In this document: positions 19,225 to 29,630 of the stretch, in pieces | Position numbering within the stretch: position 1 is the first letter of the stretch | Layout of the letters: each line of letters opens with the position of its first letter | Source of the DNA: a bacterium | Lineage (GTDB): Bacteria > UBA8248 > JACPRG01 > G963555815 | Reading direction: 5' to 3' | Length of the DNA: 64,000 nt | Assembly: GCA_965261595.1 (NCBI GenBank) | Contig: CBDHDG010000005.1 | Location: 832,001 to 896,000, forward strand | Notes under the pieces: generated by a model | Told to the model about the DNA's origin: nothing | Databases searched by the model: none | What the model saw: only the letters and a program-made list of their open reading frames with translations | Program-made: the position numbers and the translations under genes

Positions 19225-21549
19225 TCAGGCATCGGATGGGCCGTCCCCGGTGTCCGCGGCCTCCCGGAGCGCCGCCCAAACGACCTCGGGAGTCAGCGGG
19301 AGGTTATTGAAAGGGATGCCCACGGCGTCGAAGATCGCATTGGCGATGGCGGCGGCCGTCGGCGCGAGGGCCGGCTCCCCCACGCCCTTGGCCCCGAACG
19401 GCCCGTCCGGGTGGGGGACCTCGACGACCCGGGCCGTCAGGTCCGGAACGTCCAGCGTCGAGCAGATGTGATAGTCGACGAGCGTGGGGTTGAGAAACTT
19501 CCCCTCGTCCAGCGCGACCTCCTCGATCAGCGTGCACCCCAGGCCCATGGCCAGGGCGCCTTCGAGCTGCTGCTCGCAGGTCTTGGGGTTGATGGCCCGG
19601 CCCACGTCATGTGCGGCGACGAGGCGCAGGACCTTGACGGATCCGGTCTCCGCGTCGACCTCGACTTCCGCGGCCTGGGCCCCGTACATCCAGAAGGGAA
19701 CCGGACGGGTCCCCTGCCCGGTTTCCGGATCGAGGGGCGTGGCGTCTTCCATGTGGTACTCCCCCCGCCCGAGGATGGGTCTTTCGCCGCGCGCGCCGAA
19801 GACGAGCCGGCCGAGGGAGATGCTTCTTTCCGGCGATCCGTCGACCGACACCCGGTCGCCTTCCAGCGCGAGATCTTCGGGCGCGGCTTCCAGGACTTGG
19901 GCCGCGAGATCGAGGATCTGGCCCTTCGCGTCGGCCGCCGCTCTTTGCACGGCCAGTCCCATCGAGAAGGTTGTCCGGCTCGAGGTCGTGGACCGGTCAT
20001 AGGGGGTCACGTCTGTGTCCGGCGCCGCCAGGTGGATCCGATCCGGGTCCAGGCCCAGCTCGGCGGCGGCGATCTGCGTCAGGATGGTGTGGGCGCCCTG
20101 GCCCACCTCCATGCTGCTCGTGAGGACCTGGACGGTTCCGTCCTCGTTGATCTTCAAAAACGCCGATGAGGCCGCGTAGGCGGTGGCCCCCCCTTTGTGC
20201 ATGGCGGCGATCCCCCGGCCCCGGCCCGGCGGCTTCGGCGTCTCCCAGCCGATGGCCTCGGCGGCGGAGCGCAGAGACTCGCACACACCGACGCTCCGGA
20301 GGGTTTCGCCCGTGGCGGAGATGTCTCCCTCGACGAAGGCGTTGCGGAGGCGAAGCTCCAAGGGATCGATTCCGAGCGCGCGGGCGATGTCGTCCATCTG
20401 GCGTTCGGAGGCCCACGTGACCTGCGGTATGCCGTACCCTCGGAAGGCGCCCGCCACCGGGTTGTTGGTGTAGACGCAATAACTGTCGATCTTGAGGTGA
20501 GGAATCCGGTACGGGCCGGCCGAGGAATAACCGGCGTTGGTGGCGACGGTCGGACCCTTTTCGGTGTACGCCCCTGTGTCCCAGTAGACCCGGACCTCGC
20601 GCCCCAGCAGCAGACCGTCCCGCGTGACGGCCGTTTTCAGGTATTGGACGGTGGCATGCCGGATGAGGGTGGCCGTGAACACCTCCTCCCGGGTGTACAC
20701 GACGCCGACCGGCCGTCCGTGGGCGTGCAGGGCGAGCAGGACCGCCAGGGGCTCGGCGTTCAGGCCCCCCTTTCCGCCGAACCCCCCGCCCACCGGCAGG
20801 GAGGTCACGCGGAGCTTCGTCATCGGGATGCCGAAGGCGGCCGCCAAGTCCCGCCGGCAACGGTAGGGGGCGTCATTGTGCGTCCAGACGACCAGCTTGC
20901 CGCCCGCCTCTTGCGCCATCGCGGCATGGACTTCCAGGGGGACGTGCTGGACGGGATGGCTGAAATACCGGTCGGTGAAGACCCGGTCCGCTTTTGAGAC
21001 GGCCTCTTCGATGTCTCCGCGGCGCAGCTTGAAATAAGTGCAGATGTTGGTTCCGGCGACCGGGCGGCCGGCGTTGTCCCGGACGTACGTCATCATCTCT
21101 TCGTGGACGATGGGCGAATCCGGCGTGGCCGCTTTCTCCACGTCGCACACCACGGGAAGCTCTTCATAGTCGACCTCGATCCGTTCCAGGGCCTCCAGGG
21201 CGGCGTCCTCGTTTTCCGCCGCCACCGCCGCCACCGCTTCCCCCTGGAAGCGCACCTTTTCCGCGGCGAGGACCGGCCGATCCAGGATGGAGGACCCGTA
21301 CAGCCCCGGGTTGTCCCGGCCCGTCAGGACTGCGGTCACTCCGCGGACATTCCGCGCCGCCGAGACGTCGATGCGCCGAATGAGCGCGTGGGGGTAGGGA
21401 CTCCGCAGGGCGCGGCCTACGAGCATCCCCGCCAGGCGGAAATCCGCCCCGTAAACGACCCGGCCGGTGGATTTGTCTTCCACGTCGACGCGGAGCAGCG
21501 AGCCGCCTACGCCGTGGTCATCGGTCGAAATTTCGGAATTCGGTCCCAT
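19225..21549 (-). CDS. Xanthine dehydrogenase family molybdopterin-binding large subunit
   Basis: RSPYPHA, GGGFGGK, AFRGYG, EVGQG, SSRT, HDVGRAINP, GAKGVGEP; lacks the form I CoxL AYxCSFR motif. Confidence 0.93.
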   Translation of the reverse strand: MGPNSEISTDDHGVGGSLLRVDVEDKSTGRVVYGADFRLAGMLVGRALRSPYPHALIRRIDVSAARNVRGVTAVLTGRDNPGLYGSSILDRPVLAAEKVRFQGEAVAAVAAENEDAALEALERIEVDYEELPVVCDVEKAATPDSPIVHEEMMTYVRDNAGRPVAGTNICTYFKLRRGDIEEAVSKADRVFTDRYFSHPVQHVPLEVHAAMAQEAGGKLVVWTHNDAPYRCRRDLAAAFGIPMTKLRVTSLPVGGGFGGKGGLNAEPLAVLLALHAHGRPVGVVYTREEVFTATLIRHATVQYLKTAVTRDGLLLGREVRVYWDTGAYTEKGPTVATNAGYSSAGPYRIPHLKIDSYCVYTNNPVAGAFRGYGIPQVTWASERQMDDIARALGIDPLELRLRNAFVEGDISATGETLRSVGVCESLRSAAEAIGWETPKPPGRGRGIAAMHKGGATAYAASSAFLKINEDGTVQVLTSSMEVGQGAHTILTQIAAAELGLDPDRIHLAAPDTDVTPYDRSTTSSRTTFSMGLAVQRAAADAKGQILDLAAQVLEAAPEDLALEGDRVSVDGSPERSISLGRLVFGARGERPILGRGEYHMEDATPLDPETGQGTRPVPFWMYGAQAAEVEVDAETGSVKVLRLVAAHDVGRAINPKTCEQQLEGALAMGLGCTLIEEVALDEGKFLNPTLVDYHICSTLDVPDLTARVVEVPHPDGPFGAKGVGEPALAPTAAAIANAIFDAVGIPFNNLPLTPEVVWAALREAADTGDGPSDA

Positions 21550-21740
21550 GAGATGTTCTTATCCGAGAGAGAGGCGCTTCCCTGTTCCGGCGGCGGTTTT
21601 GGGACATCGAGACGCGGGACGGTCAGGTAATGCAACGCGGGCAGTATACACGAAGGTCCCTTCTCCCCCGGAACACGGCCTCCGCATCCCGGAGGAGAGC
21701 CGGAGGGGAGGGAGAGGAAAAAGGGGGGGGCGGTCGCGAA

Positions 21741-22931
21741 TCAGGTCAGCAGGTTCAGACACAACGTGGCGTAAATCTTGATCGTATCGATGTAGTCTTC
21801 GAGGTTTTGGTGTTCGTTCTGGCCGCTATCGAAACTCTTGAGGCAGAACTTGGCCGTCGGGATGCCGGCCTCGACTCTCAGGAAGCGGGCGTCGCTGGTG
21901 CTCATCACCCCGCCGATCTCGATGGGCTCCTTCCTCACCTCCTCGTAGGCCCGTTGGAGGGCCTGAACGATGGGCTCATCCGGATGGATGGTGGAGGGCG
22001 AGCCCTCGAGGTGGATGGAGAGGTCCGCGCGAAAATCCGGATCTTCGGCCCGGAGGCGGTCGAGGACGGCCCGCACGTCGGTGAGCACGTTGTCCGTCGT
22101 CTGCCCCGGAAGCGTGCGGCAGTCGCAGCGAATGACACACCGGTCGGCGCAGATCGTGTCGGAGAATCCGGCGTTGAACCGGTTGACGCTTAGCAGGGGC
22201 GCGCCCGGGACGAAGGCATGGGGCGCCCACCCGGTGAACTCCATCCGCCGCAGCGCTTCCACCGCCTTCATCGCCTGATAGATCGCGTTCACCCCCTTTT
22301 CCTGGCGGGTGGTGTGCGCGCCGACGCCATATACGGTCACGTCGAACAGGACGATTCCCCGGTGGCCGATTTCCACCTTGACCGGACGATCCGACTCCGT
22401 GTAGACGCCGTAGTCGGCCTCGATCATCCCTTGCTCGACCATCACCTTGATCCCCTTGTAACCGAACTGAAGCTCGTCCGCCGTCTGGGTCAGGAGGATG
22501 TCCCCGCGCAGCTTGACGCCGCAGGCCTTCAGGGTCCGGACGGCGAACATGGCCGCGGCCAGACCCACTTTCATGTTGTTCGAGCCGATGCCCCAGAGAT
22601 GGCCATCGTGGATCTCTCCGGAAAGCGGCGGGTGCGTCCAGTTCGATTCGTCGCCGGGGTGGACGGTGTCGAGGTGGGAGTTGAAAAGAAGGACCGGCGT
22701 CCCTTCCGACCCGCGAAGCCGGCCGCGATTGCTCACGCGGAGGGGGTGCGGCTCGATCTGGTCCACCTCCATTCCAAGCTTTCGCATGATCTCGGCGCAG
22801 AAGTCGGCAACCTCTTTTTCGTTTCCGGGGGGATTGAAGCTGGGAATGCGAACCAAGTCCTGAAAGAGCCCGACGGCCTCGTCTCTGAGCTCTTCGACTT
22901 TCCGTCGGACAGTCTCCTTCAACGAATCCAT
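21741..22931 (-). CDS. M20 family (ArgE/DapE-like) metallopeptidase with degenerate metal ligands
   Basis: NSHLDTV, GIGSNNMK, TADEL, YTES, GVNAI, STSDARF. Confidence 0.85.
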   Translation of the reverse strand: MDSLKETVRRKVEELRDEAVGLFQDLVRIPSFNPPGNEKEVADFCAEIMRKLGMEVDQIEPHPLRVSNRGRLRGSEGTPVLLFNSHLDTVHPGDESNWTHPPLSGEIHDGHLWGIGSNNMKVGLAAAMFAVRTLKACGVKLRGDILLTQTADELQFGYKGIKVMVEQGMIEADYGVYTESDRPVKVEIGHRGIVLFDVTVYGVGAHTTRQEKGVNAIYQAMKAVEALRRMEFTGWAPHAFVPGAPLLSVNRFNAGFSDTICADRCVIRCDCRTLPGQTTDNVLTDVRAVLDRLRAEDPDFRADLSIHLEGSPSTIHPDEPIVQALQRAYEEVRKEPIEIGGVMSTSDARFLRVEAGIPTAKFCLKSFDSGQNEHQNLEDYIDTIKIYATLCLNLLT

Positions 22932-23051
22932 GTCGGACATCTCCGCGTCAGGGATCAGGCTGGATGGGCTCGCCCTTTTTCTTCGCGGCCGTAATGGGTC
23001 CCGCGGGCGAGGGGGTGGGGGGGCGACGCGGGCCGGGCGCCGGGCCGACGT

Positions 23052-24050
23052 CTACAGTTTCAGGAGTCCGGCCGCGTTGCCGCCCAGGATCTTCTCGCGC
23101 GCCGGTCCTTCCGGGACGACGCGGCGCACTTGTTCGACGCAGCCGAAATCCGCCATGTCGAAGGGATAGTCGCTTCCCAGGTAGACGTGGTCCTCTCCGA
23201 CGGTCTCGATCAGAAATTTCAGCGCCGGGTCCCAGTGGGTGATGTTGTCGAACCACACCTGCGCGAGATAGGCGCTGGGCTCTTTGGGCGCGAGTTTTCG
23301 GACCTCCGGGCGCTCCCGGTAGCCATGGTCCAGCCGCCCCCGGATAAAGGGGTACTGTCCGCCCGCGTGAACCAGACAGACCTTCAGCTTCGGGTGTCGC
23401 TCGAACACCCCGCCGAGGAGCATCCGGGCGACGGCGATCGTTGTGTCCAGCGGGTTTCCGATGAGGTTGGTGAGGTAATAGTCCTGGTACCGCTCCTTTC
23501 CCGCCGTGTCGTGGGGATGCAAAAACAGCGGCGCGTCCAGCGTCTCCAGCCGGTCGTAAAAAGGCTCATAGACCGGGTGGTCCAGGTCCCGGCCGCCGAA
23601 ATTGGTCTGAATCATCACGCCCTTGTGGCCCAGGGTCCCCACGGCGTAGTCGAGCTCCGCGATTCCCAGGCCCACGTCCTGAAGGGGAATCGTCGCCAGG
23701 GCGGCGAAACGATCCGGGCGCTGTGCGGCCATCTCGGTCATGGCTTCGTTCTGGATTCGGGAGAGCCGGACGGCGTCCTCGCCCTCGGCCCAGGCGTGAT
23801 AGGTGAGCGGAGAGGCGGACAGGACGGAGAGGTCTATCCCCATGCGGTCCATGTCGGCCAGCTTGGTCTTGACGTCCGCCATGCCCGGTTTGAAATCCGT
23901 AGGAAACTTCTTCCGGTTCACCTCGGCGGATTCGGGTCCCTGAAAATCCGATCCCGCACCGCTTGGGTAGCGGGGCTTCAACTCGGCGGCCAGGCGCTCG
24001 GCCTCGGGCACGAGGATGTGTGAATGCGCGTCGATGACGGACTGGCTCAT
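23052..24050 (-). CDS. Amidohydrolase_2 family protein (ACMSD-like decarboxylase/hydratase)
   Basis: IDAHSH, LFLHP, HAGG, GRLDHG, GSDYPFDM. Confidence 0.88.
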   Translation of the reverse strand: MSQSVIDAHSHILVPEAERLAAELKPRYPSGAGSDFQGPESAEVNRKKFPTDFKPGMADVKTKLADMDRMGIDLSVLSASPLTYHAWAEGEDAVRLSRIQNEAMTEMAAQRPDRFAALATIPLQDVGLGIAELDYAVGTLGHKGVMIQTNFGGRDLDHPVYEPFYDRLETLDAPLFLHPHDTAGKERYQDYYLTNLIGNPLDTTIAVARMLLGGVFERHPKLKVCLVHAGGQYPFIRGRLDHGYRERPEVRKLAPKEPSAYLAQVWFDNITHWDPALKFLIETVGEDHVYLGSDYPFDMADFGCVEQVRRVVPEGPAREKILGGNAAGLLKL

Positions 24051-24257
24051 GGAGATTCCTCTTGGACGTCGAGTGGGGCGGAACCGGTTTGCGCGGACAA
24101 AGCCCGGGCGCCGCCGCCGGGCGGAGACGGGCCGCGCGGGCTCGATGGACGTTGCCGCGGCCTCAGGATTTTATTGTTTCCGATTATGACGGTTCAGTCA
24201 AATAGGCGATGCCAATGCGGGGCCGATCCGGACGGTTGTACAAAAAGTTCGGGCGGG

Positions 24258-25607
24258 TTACTGAAATCGGTAGATGGCGCCCAGTTTCAGGATTCGGGTC
24301 AATTCATCGAGGGCGCTCCGGCTTTCCTCCGCCAGGCTCGGGTCGGCCAGGTCATCGGGATGCAGACGGTCGCGATAGTGCCGCTCGACCCAATCGACCA
24401 GTTCATCATAGCGTTGATCGGTCAGGAGTGCTGATGGGTGAATTCGCGCAATTTCGGATTCAGTCAGCGCCACCCGAAGTCGAAGGCAGGCGCCCCCCCC
24501 CCCATTTAGCATGCTCTGGCGAATGTCCACAAATCGCACCGTTTGAATGGGGTTATTGTCTTGAACGATCTCTTCCAGAATTTTCCCCGCATTCTCGTTC
24601 TGTTCGCACTCCGTCGGCGCAATCAAGCACATCGCGCCTTCCGGTAAGCTCACCAACTGGCTATTGAAGAAATAGGTTTCCACCGCTTCCATGAGGGAGA
24701 GTCGGTCGGGGCCGATTTCGATGAGCGCGAGTTCGTCCCCGGAACAGCGCGAAAATTTTTCCTTCAATTCATCAACGACCGCCGCTCCTTCCGTGAATGC
24801 CTGGGCGTGATAGAGAAACACCCGGGTGTTTCCCACGGCGATGACGTCGTTGTGGAAAACACCGGCGTCGATCACCTCGGCGTTTTGCCGGGCGAAAACC
24901 GTTCGCTCCGGACTCAACTGATGCATCCGGGCGATGAGGACGGATGTCTCCTTGGCCTGGCGGGCCGGGTGGCGGCGGGGAAGAGTCCGGGGCGGGTCGC
25001 TCGACCCTTTCCCATAGACGAAAATCTCAACGCCGGGCTCGGCATGCGTCCGGCACAAACGTGTATGGTTTGCCGCCCCCTCGTCCGCGTATTGAAGGCA
25101 AGCCGGCAGGGGCGGGTGATGTGCGAAGACGGTCTCATCCGGAAAGATGATCTTCAACAAACGGGCCGTGAACGGGGATTCGAGCGATCGATGAAACTGG
25201 CTCAACAGATTGGCGGGGGTGATATGCACCTTGCCGTCGTCGGTGTCCGCGCCGGGGGAGACCGTCGCCGCGTTCGCCGCCCACATGCTGGACGCGCTCC
25301 AGCAAGCCGCCAGAATGACGGGCGCCTGCCGCCGGGCGCGCTCCAGGACTTCCGCGTCGCTTCCATAAAAGCCTAACCGCCTCAGCGTTTCGAAGTCCGG
25401 CCGGTCTTGTGGGGGAAACACACCCTGCTTCAAACCCATGTCGAGCAGGAGCTTCATTTTACCAAGCCCCTGCAAAGCGGCCTCCTTGGGATGGGAGACC
25501 GTTTGCCCGTAGGCCATGGAAGCAAGATTTCCCGTGGAGAGACCCGCGTAGTTGTGTGTCGGACCGACAAGACCGTCGAAGTTGACCTCGTATGCCCTTT
25601 CCTTCAT
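24258..25607 (-). CDS. astB: N-succinylarginine dihydrolase
   Basis: EVNFDGLVGPTHNYAGLS.GNLAS, SMWAANAATVSP, DEGAANH, GVFHNDVI, SMLNGGGGACLRLRV. Confidence 0.96.
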   Translation of the reverse strand: MKERAYEVNFDGLVGPTHNYAGLSTGNLASMAYGQTVSHPKEAALQGLGKMKLLLDMGLKQGVFPPQDRPDFETLRRLGFYGSDAEVLERARRQAPVILAACWSASSMWAANAATVSPGADTDDGKVHITPANLLSQFHRSLESPFTARLLKIIFPDETVFAHHPPLPACLQYADEGAANHTRLCRTHAEPGVEIFVYGKGSSDPPRTLPRRHPARQAKETSVLIARMHQLSPERTVFARQNAEVIDAGVFHNDVIAVGNTRVFLYHAQAFTEGAAVVDELKEKFSRCSGDELALIEIGPDRLSLMEAVETYFFNSQLVSLPEGAMCLIAPTECEQNENAGKILEEIVQDNNPIQTVRFVDIRQSMLNGGGGACLRLRVALTESEIARIHPSALLTDQRYDELVDWVERHYRDRLHPDDLADPSLAEESRSALDELTRILKLGAIYRFQ

Positions 25608-25712
25608 CGGCGCCACCAGGAAGAAGATTGCAAAAGACTCCCCCCTCCCCCCCCCCCGACACCGTGCGGTTTCCGGCGGTTTGGGGGGAAGTTCCTTTAA
25701 AATATTGCGCGA

Positions 25713-26735
25713 TTACCGGGCCCTAAGCGGGGAAAAACACATTTCGCCTCCCGCCTTCAGGAGGAGCGCCTCCGCGGTTGTTTTGTTGATTCGAGCGCCG
25801 CCATCGGGAACGAAAGCGATGGGCGCCACGCATGCCCGGAAGTCCGGGTCCGTGTTCGTGAGGAGCAACCCCTCAGACGGAACACCCTCATTCGTGATCT
25901 CCGAAACGGTAGTCTTCGCCCTCTCCCGCACCGTGCGGATGTTCTCGAGCGGGGAAGTCATAACGGGTCCACCATCGAAGATATCCACCATCCCACTGAA
26001 CTGAAAACCCTCTTTTTGAAGCATTCGGAGTGCGGGCCGCGTCTTCGGATGCACCTCGCCGATGACGGCCCGCGCATCCTGGGGAAGCAGGTCGATATAG
26101 ATGGGATGGGTGGGCATGAGCTCGGCGATGAATCGCTTATCCTTCATACTCAGATAGTCCGCTCTGGGAAAATCGACATCAAAGAAATGCCGTCCGAGGG
26201 CCTCCCAGAAAGCGGAACCTCCATTCTCGTCGATGACGCCGCGCATCTCGGCAATGACTTGGGACTCGAACCGCTCTCGGAACTCGGCCATGAACATAAA
26301 GCGGCACAAAGACAATAGTCTCCCATTGCCGCTCTTCCGGTATTCGGCCGACAAGAAGAGGCTTCCGATTTCGGAAGGACCGCTGTGCTCCTGCAACAGA
26401 TGGAGCATGCGTATCTCTTTGCGGATGTTCAGGACCTTCGATTCGTGCAGGGTGGTCTCGATCAGATAGGCATAGAACGGCTCGAAGCCCCCCACTTTGG
26501 CGTCGATCCCGCACGTGCCGACGACCCTCCCGGTCTGTCGATCCTCCATAACGAAGAGGTAGGTTTCCCCGCGCGGTTTCTTCGTCTTGCTTTCAAAGCT
26601 CCGGCGGGACTCGTGGATCCGTTCCCGGAGAAGCTCTCGGTCCCGGGGCAGCGTCGTGAGGCCGAATAAAGTCAGGTCCGCCAAGGCTGAGAGCGAGTCC
26701 AGATCGGAAGGTTCAATGGGACGGATGATGATCAT
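25713..26735 (-). CDS. astA: Arginine N-succinyltransferase (in frame with the upstream aminotransferase, no stop between)
   Basis: IIRPI..DL, GLTTLP, SEIGSLFL, LLSLCRFMF, VIAEMRG, FIAELMP.HPIY, VDIFDGGP. Confidence 0.93.
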   Translation of the reverse strand: MIIIRPIEPSDLDSLSALADLTLFGLTTLPRDRELLRERIHESRRSFESKTKKPRGETYLFVMEDRQTGRVVGTCGIDAKVGGFEPFYAYLIETTLHESKVLNIRKEIRMLHLLQEHSGPSEIGSLFLSAEYRKSGNGRLLSLCRFMFMAEFRERFESQVIAEMRGVIDENGGSAFWEALGRHFFDVDFPRADYLSMKDKRFIAELMPTHPIYIDLLPQDARAVIGEVHPKTRPALRMLQKEGFQFSGMVDIFDGGPVMTSPLENIRTVRERAKTTVSEITNEGVPSEGLLLTNTDPDFRACVAPIAFVPDGGARINKTTAEALLLKAGGEMCFSPLRAR

Positions 26736-28144
26736 GGCCGCCGCCCATTCGATCGTCGCGGCGACTTCCGCCAAGGTTTTCTCAACGATGGCCGAAACAT
26801 TATCAATGTCCTCGATAGAGACGACGCCGACCGGGATCAAAAATCGCACGCGCGCCGGATCCATGCCGGCGTAAAACCCCATCACGCCGGCTTCGAAAAG
26901 GGAATGCAGAAACTTCTTGGTTGTCTCGAGATTGCCGTCAAAGACAGTCAATGCAATCATCGCGCCGATTCCAAAGGGGCCGCTCACCCACGCTGGATGA
27001 CGTTTTTCAATGGCCTTCAGGCATTTTTTAAAATGGGCGTGGAGTTGAAAGATTTTCCCGGCTGGCCCGAAATACCCGCCGCTGAGCAAGGTGTCGACAA
27101 TCACCTTGGACGCATAGATGGACGATGTACTGCCGGTGAAGGTCTGGCTGATCAAACCGGGCCCTGGTCGGTATTCCTCCCGAATCAACGTCGCGCAGAC
27201 CTGGCTGAGCTTTCCGATTGTCACCACGTCTACATAGGCATCCAGTCCGAAGTGCTGAAAAGCGAAGAGATCCGTCATGCGGCCGAAGGTCTGAACTTCA
27301 TCGATCAGAACGGCGGCGCCCGCCTCTTTCACGATCCTCATGAGGGCGATGAAAAATTCCCGCTCCCCCGGATAAAAACCACCTCCCCCCTGCACCAGCT
27401 CAAAAACCATTCCGGCGTAATCACCGGGATGTCGGGCGAGATGGCGTTTGAGGGTCGCCACGGATTTCGCGGTGCTCTCCGCCGGACGGCTGGAATCGTA
27501 GAAGGGGACATAATCGACGTCGAGTGTGGCGGGAAGCCCTTGCCGATATGCGGGATTGTCCGTTACCCGCGCCAGGGCCAAGGTGCGGCCCATGAAGCAG
27601 GATTCGAAGGCCAGGAGACGGCTCGCGGGGTGGTTCCTCTGAAAGATCAGCTTGAGGGCGTTTTCGTTGGCCATGGCCCCGCTTGTGGATAGGAAGCAGT
27701 GTTTGAGAGAGTCGCCCCTTTGCGGTTCGAGCCGTCGAGGAGGGTCTGGACCAGCGGGACGACCAGCGCGTCTTGCTGGAGATTTCCCTGCATGACGACG
27801 CCGGTTAGCGCGGCGTCCAAAAGAGTGCGCACGATGGCGGGGTTGCAGTGGCCGAAGGAGTGCACGCCGATGCCCGTGATGAAGTCGTACTTGACGCTGC
27901 CATCGGCGAGTTCCACCAGGGAGTGATTCCCGAAACCGCTGCCCAGATAGGGGAAAAATAACGGACTGCCGCGCCGTTCGCTGAAATGTGCGATGAGTTC
28001 AGCATACGCTGTCCGCAGGTCCGGGTTGGAGGGCCGAATACCAACGACCCGCTCTTGGTGATCCGCCAGGGCTTCAAGGACCAGTCGTTTCGCTTCGATG
28101 ACGCGTGGATCATCAGCAAGCTGATTTGCCGAAAGGTCGCGCAT
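26736..28144 (-). CDS. Class III aminotransferase (putative succinylornithine transaminase, AstC role); frameshift at about 27705-27711
   Basis: YDFITGIGVHSFGH, (shift) HCFLSTSGAMANENALK, FMGRT, ELVQGGGG, IDEVQT, TIGK; ast context. Confidence 0.8.
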
Positions 28145-28280
28145 GGCCGTGTCCCTCAGAGCTTGAGTTCAGATTCCGCGATGAGCCGCGGCTTCAGCCG
28201 GAATCTTTTTCTTCGTCGAATTCCCCTCGGTTCGAGCCTTCAAGAAACCGCCGCTCTCTTCCTCTTTCAGTTTCAAGGGC

Positions 28281-29630
28281 TCAGCGTCCCAACGCGGTGA
28301 GTGCTGTCGCGCTCATTTTGATGCCGGTGATGAAGTGATCGATGCGTAGATGCTCGTTCGGCCCGTGCTGACCATTGTTCGGCTGGGCATACGGAACCCA
28401 GATGGTGGGCAGGCCGAGCGTTTCGGTGAAGATGTCGTTGCCGAGGCTCCCGCCCAATGTAGGTTGAAGAACGGGCGGCGCTTCGAGAATGCCCTCCGCA
28501 TGCATATTCTCAAAGGCATCGAGTACGGTTTGGACGAATGGATTGTCGATCGGCGTCTTCGTTGGAGGATAGCTGGAGAACTGTGTGAGCGTGGCGTGGG
28601 GGACGCCCCGGGCCTCAATATGGCCCTTGATTTTCCGGAAGGTGTTCTCAGGCGTCATGTCTTTCACGAGGCGGGCATCGAGGTAGGCCGTCGCGTGGCC
28701 GGGAATGATGGTGGACTCCATCCCGCAGTCGAAGCCTTCCAGTGTGAAGGTGGGCCGGAACATGAGCTTTTCATTGACCGAAAGACCCTCAGGGCCGTAG
28801 AAGCGCTCGATACCCAGACTGCGCCGAATCTCCTCTTCGCCGGTGTTCATGTTACTCAGTGCTTGGCGCTCGAGGGGCGATGGCGGCGCGACGTCATCGT
28901 AGTATCCCGGAATCAACACCTCTCCCTCGGGCGACTTCATCGAATGGAGGAGGTGCACCAGATCCCAGGCGGGGTTGCGGATGATCTCTCCGAAGTTCCC
29001 CGAGTGGACGTGCGCTCCGACTTCGTTTCGCACCGTGAGGCGCATTCTCAGAAGCCCCCGAAATCCGAGAAACACCGTGGGTCTTCCACTGAAGTGGCGG
29101 GGGCCGTCCGAAGCGTAGAGCAGGTCCGTCTTCAATTCCTCCCGATGGGCTTCGGCGAAAGAGCGGAGGTTCTTCGAGCCCACCTCCTCCTCTCCTTCGA
29201 AGAGAAAAATGACCTTGACCGGGAGCTTTTCCATCTCATGAAGGGTGCGGACGGCGAGGGCGTTTGCGAGAAGCTGCCCCTTGTTGTCCGTCGCCCCGCG
29301 CGCGTAGATACACCCGTTCCTCTCCACAGGCTCGAAGGGAGGCGTATCCCATTCAGAGAGATCTCCCGGTTGTTTTACGTCGTAGTGTCCGTAGATGAGC
29401 ACGCTTCGGGAGGCCGAGGGCGGGGAGAGGGCGCCGAGAACGACGGGATGCCCTCCGGTGGGGACAACGCGGGTCGCGACCCCCCAGCTTTCGAGCCAAT
29501 TCCGCAAGTGCTCGGCGCATTCGGCCACGCCTTCCCCCGTGTAGCTCACACTCGGACGGCGGAGGAGCTCTTTCAGCGCGTCGAGAAACTCACCTTTCTT
29601 GCAATCGACGGCTTCGTAAACTTTTTTCAT
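28281..29630 (-). CDS. M20/M25/M40 family metallohydrolase (dipeptidase/deacylase)
   Basis: YGHYDV, ARGATDNKG, GEEEVGS, HSGNFG, QHGPNE. Confidence 0.9.
   Translation of the reverse strand: MKKVYEAVDCKKGEFLDALKELLRRPSVSYTGEGVAECAEHLRNWLESWGVATRVVPTGGHPVVLGALSPPSASRSVLIYGHYDVKQPGDLSEWDTPPFEPVERNGCIYARGATDNKGQLLANALAVRTLHEMEKLPVKVIFLFEGEEEVGSKNLRSFAEAHREELKTDLLYASDGPRHFSGRPTVFLGFRGLLRMRLTVRNEVGAHVHSGNFGEIIRNPAWDLVHLLHSMKSPEGEVLIPGYYDDVAPPSPLERQALSNMNTGEEEIRRSLGIERFYGPEGLSVNEKLMFRPTFTLEGFDCGMESTIIPGHATAYLDARLVKDMTPENTFRKIKGHIEARGVPHATLTQFSSYPPTKTPIDNPFVQTVLDAFENMHAEGILEAPPVLQPTLGGSLGNDIFTETLGLPTIWVPYAQPNNGQHGPNEHLRIDHFITGIKMSATALTALGR

Noticed and set aside
19225..21549. Aerobic CO dehydrogenase CoxL
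   Set aside because: Active-site loop is AFRGYG, not AYxCSFR; no coxM or coxS nearby
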